From the NCBI GenBank assembly GCA_964647615.1, contig CAZYIV010000009.1, positions 42-64,041 on the forward strand: DNA of 64,000 nucleotides, written 5' to 3'. Shown piece after piece: positions 17,849-25,743 of the stretch. Made by a program: the position numbers and the translations under genes. A model generated the notes under the pieces. The model searched no databases. It was given only the letters and a program-made list of their open reading frames with translations, and was not told the origin of the DNA. Origin of the DNA: an uncultured Gemmatimonadaceae bacterium (GTDB taxonomy: Bacteria > Gemmatimonadota > Gemmatimonadetes > Gemmatimonadales > GWC2-71-9). The stretch's first letter is position 1; each line of letters opens with the position of its first letter.

Positions 17849-18889
17849 ATGCGCTCCCCCCTCGCCCTGCTGCTGCTTCCCGCCCTGGCCGCGCCGCTCA
17901 CGGCGCAGGACAGCCCCACCTGGCGGGTCCACGACATGGCCCGCCCGCGCCCCGCGGCGGTGGCGGCGGTGCCGGCCGCCCGGTTCGACGCGCCGCCGCC
18001 GGGGGCGGTGGTGCTGTTCGATGGCACCAGCCTGAAGCACTGGGTGGGGAGCGACGGGCAGCCGGCGAAGTGGACCCTGGGCAAGGGCTACTTCGAGGTG
18101 AAGCCGGGCACCGGCACGATCATGACGGTGGATTCCTTCGGCGACATGCAGCTGCACCTGGAGTGGTCGGAGCCGGTGCCCGCCACCGGCGAGGGGCAGG
18201 ACCGGGGCAACAGCGGCGTGTTCCTGATGGGGCGCTACGAGCTGCAGGTGCTCGACAGCTGGCACAACGACACCTACGCCGACGGCCAGGTGGGCTCGCT
18301 CTACGGCCAGCACCCGCCGCTGTTCAACGCGGCGCTGCCGCCGGGGACCTGGCAGCGGTACGACGTCTTCTTCCGCCGCCCGCGCTTCGGCGCCGACGGC
18401 CGGCTGGTCTCGCCGGCGCGGGTGACCGTGCTGCAGAACGGGGTCCCGGTGCAGAACAATGCCGTGATCTTCGGCCCCACCAGCTGGCTCACCCGCAACG
18501 GCTACAGCGCCCACCCGGACAAGCTGCCGATCGGGCTGCAGGACCATTCCTTCAAGGTGCGGTTCCGCAACATCTGGGTGCGGCCGCTGCCGGAGGAGCA
18601 GCCGGCGCCGCCGCCGCCGGCGGTGCGCGCCACCACGCCCGAGGAGCGGACCGCCCTGGTGGGGAAGTACAAGACCAACTGGGGCGAGGCGACGGTGGCC
18701 GACAGCGCCGGCGGGCTGTGGCTCGACATGGGTGACGGACCGATGGCGCTGGAGGCCGACGGTCCCGACGCCTGGTCCATCACCGGGGTGGATGCGGGAG
18801 TGAGCTTTCCGCACGACACGGCGGGGAAGGTGAGTGGCCTGGTGGTGGTGGTGGGCGGGGAGAACTACCGCTACACCCGCGCCGAGTAG
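17849..18889 (+). CDS. Secreted DUF1080 / 3-keto-disaccharide hydrolase-family (LamG-like) protein
   Basis: Signal peptide MRSPLALLLLPALAAPLTAQ. GDMQLHLEW, NSGVFLMGRYELQVLDS, GLQDHSFKVRFRNIWVRPL. Confidence 0.75.
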   Translation: MRSPLALLLLPALAAPLTAQDSPTWRVHDMARPRPAAVAAVPAARFDAPPPGAVVLFDGTSLKHWVGSDGQPAKWTLGKGYFEVKPGTGTIMTVDSFGDMQLHLEWSEPVPATGEGQDRGNSGVFLMGRYELQVLDSWHNDTYADGQVGSLYGQHPPLFNAALPPGTWQRYDVFFRRPRFGADGRLVSPARVTVLQNGVPVQNNAVIFGPTSWLTRNGYSAHPDKLPIGLQDHSFKVRFRNIWVRPLPEEQPAPPPPAVRATTPEERTALVGKYKTNWGEATVADSAGGLWLDMGDGPMALEADGPDAWSITGVDAGVSFPHDTAGKVSGLVVVVGGENYRYTRAE

Positions 18890-18901
18890 CGCGGTGCGGC
18901 G

Positions 18902-19819
18902 TCAGCCGCCGGCGGGGGGCCGCATCGCCGGCTTGCCCTCCGCCGGATGGGCGAAGAGCCGGGTGGTCGGGTAGGCGAAGTCCACGTCCTCGAGGGTAGC
19001 GAACACCTCGAGGATCTCGCGCCAGAGGGTGTCGGTCACCTCCCGCCGGGCGCGCGGGTCGCACGGGGTGCGCAGGGTGAGCTTCACCCCGCTGTCCTCC
19101 ACCGTCACATACACCGCGGGATCGGTGGCGCTCGCCGGGAGGGCGTAGCGCCCGGCGATCGCCGCCATCTCGGCGCGGGCCCGCTCCGCGGCCTCGCCGC
19201 CGTGGTGCCGGGCAATGACCTGCAGCGCCTCCCGGGCCCGGGGCCAGTTGCTCTCGAAGGTCACCAGCATCGGCAGCTCGGTCCAGATGGTGTGGAAGCC
19301 GCGGGTGAAGTTGGCCAGCGGGGTGGTGAAGAGCAGGGCGTTGGGCAGGTGCACCAGCCGTCCGGTGGACTGGTCGGCGGTGACCCAGTTGCCGATCTCG
19401 AGCAGGGTGAACTGGAACAGCCGCACGTCCACCACGTCCCCCGCGAAGCCCGCCAGCTCCACCCGGTCGCCCACCTCGAACGGCCGGCGCCACAGGATGA
19501 ACACCCACGCCGCCAGGCTGGTGAGCGGGTCCTTGAGCGCGATCGCGAGCCCCGCCGAGAGCAGCCCCAGGTAGGTCGCGAACCCACCCACGTCCACCAG
19601 CCACACCCGCGCCAGCGCCAGCAGCGCCAGCAGCACCGTGACGTAGGTCGCGCCCTTGTTCCAGCGATACCGGGCGCCCGGGTCGGACACCCGGCGCCGC
19701 ACGGTGCTGCGCACCGCCCACCGCACCAGCGCGAGCCCGACCAGCACGACCGCCGAGGCCAGCAGTCGCACATGGACCGGGTCGTCGAGGCCGAGGCGCT
19801 TGAGCAGGTCGGGGTTCAT
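18902..19819 (-). CDS. Small-conductance mechanosensitive channel (MscS family)
   Basis: GDRVELAGFAGDVVDVRLFQFTLLEIGNW...GRLVHLPNALLFTTPLANFTRG. The start was chosen at MNPDLLKRL (19819), whereas the track start at 19984 would add a non-hydrophobic extension. Confidence 0.8.
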   Translation of the reverse strand: MNPDLLKRLGLDDPVHVRLLASAVVLVGLALVRWAVRSTVRRRVSDPGARYRWNKGATYVTVLLALLALARVWLVDVGGFATYLGLLSAGLAIALKDPLTSLAAWVFILWRRPFEVGDRVELAGFAGDVVDVRLFQFTLLEIGNWVTADQSTGRLVHLPNALLFTTPLANFTRGFHTIWTELPMLVTFESNWPRAREALQVIARHHGGEAAERARAEMAAIAGRYALPASATDPAVYVTVEDSGVKLTLRTPCDPRARREVTDTLWREILEVFATLEDVDFAYPTTRLFAHPAEGKPAMRPPAGG

Positions 19820-20070
19820 GCCCGAAAGAATAGCCTCGCCGGGCCCCGGCCGGAACGCCTTTCGCGGCGGGCCGCCGAGACGCGCGCGACGCGGGATTGT
19901 TAAGCCCACCGGGACAGTCGGCGATCGTGCAAGTGCGCGCGTGTGTTGCGGTTGCGCCTGACAAGAGACTCGCCCGTACCTCACGCTGTCTTCATGGCCT
20001 CCCCCCTATTCTGCGTCAGCATCGTGGACCGATGCCGTCAGCTGCAGGTGGCTCAAACCGGGAGGATCTC

Positions 20071-20526
20071 ATGAAACGGACGTTGCTTGCGCTGGCCGGA
20101 CTCGGCGCCATGCTGGCAGGTGGGCTCGTGGCACAGCAGCCCGCCGGTCGCCAGCCGACCATGGCCCCGAACGCCCAGCACCAGGTGGAGCAGGCCCAGC
20201 GCCTGCAGGAGATGCAGCAGCGGATGGAGCGGCTGGCCACCCAGCTGCGCGAGACCAATCGCTGGATGGAGCAGAACCGCGCCCAGCAGCAGTTCCGTGA
20301 CCTGGGCAAGGTGATGGAGCAGACGGGCGACCAGGTGCGCGACATGCTGCGGCAGATGGACCGGATCCACCAGGACCCCGACCTGCTGCAGACCCGCGAC
20401 CGGGACCGCGACCGGGATCAGGACCGGCTGCGTGACTTCGACCGGCTGCAGGACCGGGTCCGGGACATGACCCGTGACCTGGAGGAAGCCCACGACGTGC
20501 TGCGGAAGATGATCGGGAAGGAGTAG
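20071..20526 (+). CDS. Secreted coiled-coil protein rich in Gln/Arg/Asp (CpxP/Spy/ZraP-like periplasmic protein suspected)
   Basis: gggagga RBS lies 6 nt upstream. Signal peptide MKRTLLALAGLGAMLAGGLVAQQ. Heptad-like QAQRLQEMQQRMERLATQLRETNRWMEQNRAQQQ and an RDRDRDRDQDRLRD run. Confidence 0.6.
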   Translation: MKRTLLALAGLGAMLAGGLVAQQPAGRQPTMAPNAQHQVEQAQRLQEMQQRMERLATQLRETNRWMEQNRAQQQFRDLGKVMEQTGDQVRDMLRQMDRIHQDPDLLQTRDRDRDRDQDRLRDFDRLQDRVRDMTRDLEEAHDVLRKMIGKE

Positions 20527-20528
20527 GA

Positions 20529-21431
20529 ATGTCCGCCCGTTGGTGGGGACTCCTCGCGCTGGCGGCGGCCACCCCGGCCGCCGCCCAGCGGCTTGCCTAT
20601 GAGGGGTCGCTCGGCATGACCACCGGCCGCTACATCTTCACCACCCGCACCACCACCTTCTCCTTCTCCACCGGCTTCGCGGTCACCGCGGGCCGCCTCA
20701 CCCTCCGCGCCAGCCTGCCGGTCTGGATGCAGAACTCCACCGTGCTGACGGCGGGCGGCACCGGCGGCATGGTGCCGAGCGGTGGCTCCTCCGGCGGCAC
20801 GGTGAGTGACAGCGGGAAAGGGCAGGGCAGTGGTGGTGGGGGCGGCGGAGGCGGGGGAGGCGGAGGCGGGTCGGGTGGTGGCGGGATGGGCGGCCAGGCG
20901 GGCTCCCTGGCGCTCTCCCGGGTGGATGTACCCGCCAGCGCGTTCACCGACTACCGGGCAGCAATCGGCGACCCGCTGGTCGGCGCGAGCCTGACGCTGG
21001 TGGACGGCCGCCGGGTGCGGTTCGGGATCGGCGCGGCGGCCAAGGTGCCGCTCGCGGACACCGCGCACTACGGCACCGGCGCGTGGGATGTGGGGGGGAG
21101 TGCCTCGCTGTCGCTGCAATTGGACCCGCGCACCATCGCGGCACTGGACGGGAGCTGGTGGCACCTCGGTGACCTGCCCGAGCTCGACTTCCGCGACCCG
21201 TTCTCCGGCTCGCTCTCGCTCTCGCGGCTGCTGGGGCGGCGCTGGGCGGCGGCGGGCTTCCTGCGGGCCTCCACGTCGGCGGTGCCGGGCTTCGCCGCGC
21301 CGGCGACCGTGGGCGGGAGCCTGACGCACCTCGGCGGGACAGCCGCCGTCGGGATGGAAGTGGCGCTGGGCCTCACCGAGACCAGCCCCGACGTGGGCCT
21401 CACCGCCTACTGGCGGGTGCCGCTCCGCTGA
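20529..21431 (+). CDS. Outer-membrane beta-barrel protein (MetA/transporter-like family suspected) with an internal poly-Gly insertion
   Basis: Signal peptide ...ALAAATPAAAQ. Alternating beta-strand patterns run to the C-terminal GLTAYWRVPLR. GSGGGGGGGGGGGGGSGGGGMGG is encoded at about 20815-20895. It starts 2 nt after the upstream gene. Confidence 0.6.
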   Translation: MSARWWGLLALAAATPAAAQRLAYEGSLGMTTGRYIFTTRTTTFSFSTGFAVTAGRLTLRASLPVWMQNSTVLTAGGTGGMVPSGGSSGGTVSDSGKGQGSGGGGGGGGGGGGGSGGGGMGGQAGSLALSRVDVPASAFTDYRAAIGDPLVGASLTLVDGRRVRFGIGAAAKVPLADTAHYGTGAWDVGGSASLSLQLDPRTIAALDGSWWHLGDLPELDFRDPFSGSLSLSRLLGRRWAAAGFLRASTSAVPGFAAPATVGGSLTHLGGTAAVGMEVALGLTETSPDVGLTAYWRVPLR

Positions 21432-21443
21432 CGGGCCGGCGGG

Positions 21444-22259
21444 TCAGTCCTCCACGTGCTCCGGGTACTGTTCCCGGGCGCACTCCGGGCAGAAGGAGTG
21501 GCTGAACACTGCATCGGAGTGCGCCGAGACGTACTGCTCCAGCTGCTCCCAGTACCCGTCGTCATTCCGGATCTTCTTGCAGAAGGCGCAGATCGGGAGC
21601 AGGCCGCGGAGGGTGCGGACGTTGCCCAGCGCGGTGCGCAGGTCGCCCACCAGCTGCTGGTTCTCCGCCAGCGTCTGCTGCAGCCGCTCCAGCGCCGCCT
21701 GCCGCTCGGCCAGCGCGGTCCGGGCCGTCTCGAGCGCCCGCCCGAAGGCCCACGCCAGCACCCAGCCGAGCGCGAAGGCCGTCGCGCCGATATGGACCCA
21801 GCCCCACAGGTCGGCACCGCGGACGCCGTCGCGAACGATGATCCTCCAGCTCGCGGCCAGGGTGAAGGCCGCGCTGGTGACGCCATAGGGGCGCGCGTCG
21901 TAGGTGAGGATCGGGAGCAGCACCACCAGCACGTACACGAAGGGGAACACCGGGGAATGGGCCCCGCCGGTGACCTGCACCAGGCCGAGGAAGAGCAGGG
22001 CGGACCCGGCGGGAGTGACCAGGCGGATCAGGGCGATGCTCGCGGGCCCGCCACGACGCAGCCCCAGCGCGGTCAGCAGCAGGAGCGCGCACCAGCCCAG
22101 GCGAAGTGCCAGGGCCGCGGGCGCGGCGCCCCCGGCCTGCATCCGGTCCACCGGATGCGCCGCGAGCACCAGGACGGCGCTGACCAGCAGGAAGAGGGAC
22201 CGGTACCGATAGGTGCCGGCTCGCTTGGCCTGGATCTCTTCGGGCGTCGGGACAAACAT
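21444..22259 (-). CDS. Polytopic membrane protein with a coiled coil and a C-terminal Cys/His (zinc-ribbon-like) tail
   Basis: About 6 TM helices, then ERQAALERLQQTLAENQQLVGDLRTALGNVRTLRGLLPICAFCKKIRNDDGYWEQLEQYVSAHSDAVFSHSFCPECAREQYPE. The ATG at 22259 was chosen. The upstream part of track ORF 21444-23261 is antisense to two better genes. Confidence 0.7.
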   Translation of the reverse strand: MFVPTPEEIQAKRAGTYRYRSLFLLVSAVLVLAAHPVDRMQAGGAAPAALALRLGWCALLLLTALGLRRGGPASIALIRLVTPAGSALLFLGLVQVTGGAHSPVFPFVYVLVVLLPILTYDARPYGVTSAAFTLAASWRIIVRDGVRGADLWGWVHIGATAFALGWVLAWAFGRALETARTALAERQAALERLQQTLAENQQLVGDLRTALGNVRTLRGLLPICAFCKKIRNDDGYWEQLEQYVSAHSDAVFSHSFCPECAREQYPEHVED

Positions 22260-22445
22260 GGCACCACCGGCGCAACGGTCCACGGGGCAGGAGGGGGGCC
22301 CCCAGGCGCGGGACGAGGTCGAGGGACTGCGCCAATTAACGGGTCCCGAACCCGCCTCGCAAGCGGGGCTGGAGAGGCCCGGGAGTGGACCGCCGACCGG
22401 AGAGTCCCCATTTTGCAGGGAGCCATTCCGACCCGAGGGTTCACC

Positions 22446-22817
22446 ATGCCGTACCGCAAGGGCCTCTCCCACGAGCATCCGCACGATCCGGACGCCGGGG
22501 CGCACGACCACAGCCACGATGCCGCCCACGCGCACAGCCACAGCCACAGCCACACCCACGCGCACGATCACGATCACGTCCACGCCCACGAGCATCGGCA
22601 TGGGGACGTGGTGCACAGCCATCCGCACACCCACCGGCACCGTCACCCGCACGAGCACGAACACAGTCATGCGCACGGGCATGGGCCCGGCGCCGCCAGT
22701 CCCACGGCGGAGGTGGCCACCCACTCCCACGCGCACGACCGGCCGGAGCATGATCATGGGCATGCCGAGCTGGACGAGACCGGGCACCGGGACGCGCCGC
22801 ACGACCACGCGCACTAG
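22446..22817 (+). CDS. Histidine-rich protein (about 41 His in 123 aa by my count), putative metal-binding or storage protein
   Basis: HxH dipeptide periodicity throughout (HAHSHSHSHTHAHDHDHVHAHEHRH...). Third positions are mostly G/C, as in the neighbouring genes. The downstream gene starts 10 nt later, after ggag. Confidence 0.6.
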   Translation: MPYRKGLSHEHPHDPDAGAHDHSHDAAHAHSHSHSHTHAHDHDHVHAHEHRHGDVVHSHPHTHRHRHPHEHEHSHAHGHGPGAASPTAEVATHSHAHDRPEHDHGHAELDETGHRDAPHDHAH

Positions 22818-22827
22818 CGGAGATCCG

Positions 22828-23601
22828 ATGCCCCGGTTCCACCCGTCCTCCCGTCTGACCCCCGGTGGCCTGGCGCTGGCGCTCACCGCCTGCGGCGGCT
22901 CGGCGCCACCGGAACCCGCTCCGGCCCCCGCGCCCGAGCGGATCGTCACCGTGGTGCACGACACCGTGGTCCGGGTGGACAGCGTGATCCGCCGGGACCC
23001 GGCGCTGGACGACTCGGTCGCCCGGCTGGAGCTGGCGCTGGCCGAGCGGGGGGCGCAGGTGGACGCGTTGCAGGGCGAAGTGGCGGAGGCGCGGCTGGAG
23101 GTGGTGCGCACCATGGCCAAGCTGCGCAGCGGCGCCACCCGCGCCGAAGCGGCGGCCGCGATGGCCGAGGCCGAACTGGCGGTGCGGGCCCTGGGAGCCG
23201 CCGAGGGCCCGGAGCTGACCCGCGAGCTGGCCGGCGCGCGCGAGGTCCTCATCCAGAGCAATGCCGCCTTCGCCAGCCAGAACTACAGCGGCGCCATGTA
23301 CCTCGCCAACCAGGCCAAGGTGGCGGCGTCCAAGTCGCAGGCCCGGGTGGCGGGGATCTCGGAGGATGGGCTGCGGCGGGGGGAGCGGCTGTTCGCGGTA
23401 CCGGTGCGCTTCCGGGTGGTGCGGCGCAGCAACCTGCGGGACGGGCCGGGCACGGGGGAGCGGCTGGTCACCACGCTGGAGGGGGGGACGGTGCTGCAGG
23501 CCGAGTCTTACCTTGGCGACTGGCTGCGGGTGCACGACGAGGCCGGCCACGCCGGCTGGATCTTCCGCGACCTCGTCACCCAGGTGGGCGCGGGGCGCTA
23601 G
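22828..23601 (+). CDS. Lipoprotein with a coiled-coil region and a C-terminal bacterial SH3 domain
   Basis: Lipobox GGLALALTAC. C-terminal VVRRSNLRDGPGTGERLVTTLEGGTVLQAESYLGDWLRVHDEAGHAGWIF is SH3b-like. Confidence 0.65.
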   Translation: MPRFHPSSRLTPGGLALALTACGGSAPPEPAPAPAPERIVTVVHDTVVRVDSVIRRDPALDDSVARLELALAERGAQVDALQGEVAEARLEVVRTMAKLRSGATRAEAAAAMAEAELAVRALGAAEGPELTRELAGAREVLIQSNAAFASQNYSGAMYLANQAKVAASKSQARVAGISEDGLRRGERLFAVPVRFRVVRRSNLRDGPGTGERLVTTLEGGTVLQAESYLGDWLRVHDEAGHAGWIFRDLVTQVGAGR

Positions 23602-25238
23602 GCCCGCACCCGGTCGCGGCCCTCGCGCTTGGCGCGGTACAGCGCCTCGTCCGCGGCCGCCGTGAGGCTGTCGGGCGTGCTGCCGGCGGCCGCGGTCTGC
23701 GCCACCCCGATGGACAGCGTCACCGCCGCGCCGTGGAAGCCCTCCAGCGCGATCCGCCGCCGCAGGCGCTCCGCCAGCAGCATCGCCCCTTCCACCGCCG
23801 TCTCCGGCAGCACCACCGCGAACTCCTCCCCGCCGTAGCGCGCCGCGCAGTCCCCGGTGCGGATCGTCTCCTGGATCAGCTGGGCCACCCGGCGCAGCAC
23901 CTCGTCGCCCGCCAGGTGCCCGTAGGTGTCGTTATACCGCTTGAAGTGATCGATGTCGATCAGCAGCAGGCAGGCGGGGTGCCGGTGGCGCCGGGCCCGC
24001 TCGCTCTCGGTGGCGAGCACCATGCCGAGGTGGCGCCGGTTGAACAGCCCGGTCAGCGCGTCGGTGAGGGAGAGCCGCTCCAGGTCGGCGCGCCCCTCGC
24101 GCAGCCGCGTCACCATGCCGTTGAACGCCTCGGTCAGCGCCCCCAGCTCGCCGTCGGAGGTGACCGGGAGATCCACGTCGAAGTTGCCGCCCGCCACCTG
24201 CCGGGCCCCCGCGATCAGCCGGTCGAGCGGCCGCACCAGCACCAGCCCGAAGACGTACGCCCCGGTGCCGAACAGGGCGAGCAGCGCCAGGATGATCACC
24301 GTGGTGACGGTGCGGGTGCGGGCCAGCAGGGCGTAGGCCTCGCGGTTGGGCAGCTCCGCCACCATCAGCAGCGGCATGCCGGCCAGCGGGCTCGCCGCCC
24401 CGGCCATCATCGTCCCCTCGGCGCCGTCATAGGTGGCGAGGCGGGCCGAGTCGGCCAGGGCGGTGAGCGCGGCGGGAGAGTAGGCGCCGCCGGTGGCGGG
24501 GGCGCCGGCGCTGTCACTGGTGAGGTGGGCCACGCCGGTCGAGTCGACCAGCCGGAACCGCAGGCCGGGACGGCGCGGCAGCGCGGCCAGGTCCTCCTGC
24601 AGCGCGCCCAGGTCGAGCCGCGCCAGCATCCCGCCCACTACCCGGCCGTTGATCGTCGTCACCGGGACCGCCAGGGGCAGTTCGCCCTGGGTCGGCTCGC
24701 CGAAGACCGCCTCCCCGACGAGGAGCCGGGTGGTCCAGCCCGCGGGGAGGGGGTTGGAATCCCGCGCAGGTCCTACCGCCGCCAGGCGGCGGCCGTCGGG
24801 GTCGTACGCGGTCAGGGTGGCGTAGTCGGGGATGCGGCGCTGCACCGAGGTGAGGTACTCGGTCAGCCGTGTGGCGCCCCGCGAGTCGCGCCGCGAGACG
24901 TTCTCCGAGACCTCATAGGAGCTGGCCACCGCCCGCAGATCCGAGGCGCTGTTCCGGAGCCAGAAGTCCACCGTCCGAGCCGCCTGGAGACTGGCGCCCC
25001 GAAGCTCCTCCTCGAGGCGAGCGGTCGTCCCCCGCTGGGTCTGGCTGTAGTAGATGGCGGCGGTGAAGACCGACGGCACCAGCGCGGCCAGGACCGCGAA
25101 GAGCAGGATCTTCTTCCGGAGGGAGTCGAGCCGCAGCAGCCTCGAGGCCCGACCCGACAGGTCTTCCCAGCGTCGCAACCGGGCTCCGCAGGCAGCAGGG
25201 GGTGGCTGGAGTATCGCCTCAAGTGGCCGTCCGGCCAA
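23598..25238 (-). CDS. Diguanylate cyclase (GGDEF) with a periplasmic sensor region and a HAMP domain
   Basis: RYGGEEFAVVLPET, DIDHFKRYNDTYGHLAGDEVL, and the HAMP-like segment RPLDRLIAGARQVAGGNFDV. The exact start is uncertain. Confidence 0.85.
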   Translation of the reverse strand: MAGRPLEAILQPPPAACGARLRRWEDLSGRASRLLRLDSLRKKILLFAVLAALVPSVFTAAIYYSQTQRGTTARLEEELRGASLQAARTVDFWLRNSASDLRAVASSYEVSENVSRRDSRGATRLTEYLTSVQRRIPDYATLTAYDPDGRRLAAVGPARDSNPLPAGWTTRLLVGEAVFGEPTQGELPLAVPVTTINGRVVGGMLARLDLGALQEDLAALPRRPGLRFRLVDSTGVAHLTSDSAGAPATGGAYSPAALTALADSARLATYDGAEGTMMAGAASPLAGMPLLMVAELPNREAYALLARTRTVTTVIILALLALFGTGAYVFGLVLVRPLDRLIAGARQVAGGNFDVDLPVTSDGELGALTEAFNGMVTRLREGRADLERLSLTDALTGLFNRRHLGMVLATESERARRHRHPACLLLIDIDHFKRYNDTYGHLAGDEVLRRVAQLIQETIRTGDCAARYGGEEFAVVLPETAVEGAMLLAERLRRRIALEGFHGAAVTLSIGVAQTAAAGSTPDSLTAAADEALYRAKREGRDRVRA

Positions 25239-25336
25239 GGGTTTGAGCTCCCCGACCCGCCGGTGTCCGAAACTATGAAGACCGCTTCAGGGGTCGATTC
25301 AGCAATCCTTCATCGTTTCCCCATCAGTATTCCCGG

Positions 25337-25708
25337 GTGCATCTGCTCATCGTCGAGGACGACCGGAAGGTGGCCGGCTTCCTGGAGGAAGGCTTCCAGG
25401 AGGAGGGCTACCGCGTGTCCGTGGCCCGGGACGGGCAGGACGCCCTGGACCAGGCCCGGGCCGAGCCGTTCGACGTCATCCTGCTGGACTTCATGCTGCC
25501 GCGCCTGAGCGGTCCCGAGGTCCTCCGGACCCTTCGGGGCGAGGGCTACCGCGGGGCGATCCTGATGCTCACCGCCCGGGACGATCCGCGGGACGTGCGG
25601 ACCGCCCTCGAGGCCGGGGCCGACGCGTACGTCACCAAACCCTTCCGGTTCGCGGACCTGCTGGACCGGATCGACACCCTGCTCGCGGGCCGGCGGCTCA
25701 CCGCCTGA
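25337..25708 (+). CDS. Stand-alone response-regulator receiver domain (OmpR-type receiver without a DNA-binding domain)
   Basis: LLIVEDD, FDVILLDFMLP, LMLTARD, YVTKPF. 123 aa with a GTG start. Confidence 0.85.
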   Translation: MHLLIVEDDRKVAGFLEEGFQEEGYRVSVARDGQDALDQARAEPFDVILLDFMLPRLSGPEVLRTLRGEGYRGAILMLTARDDPRDVRTALEAGADAYVTKPFRFADLLDRIDTLLAGRRLTA

Positions 25709-25743
25709 CGTCCGGGCCGGTCCGGACGGGCTCCTCCTCCTTC

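Noticed and set aside
22260-23261. Upstream 334 codons of track ORF 21444-23261, which would make a 605-aa protein
   Set aside because: This part is antisense to the His-rich gene and the SH3 lipoprotein gene and is compositionally junk (runs of V/R/G/P). The membrane protein has a sensible ATG at 22259.
23598-23601. Convergent genes sharing the palindromic CTAG as both stop codons
   Set aside because: This is a coincidental consequence of TAG on both strands, with no evident functional meaning.
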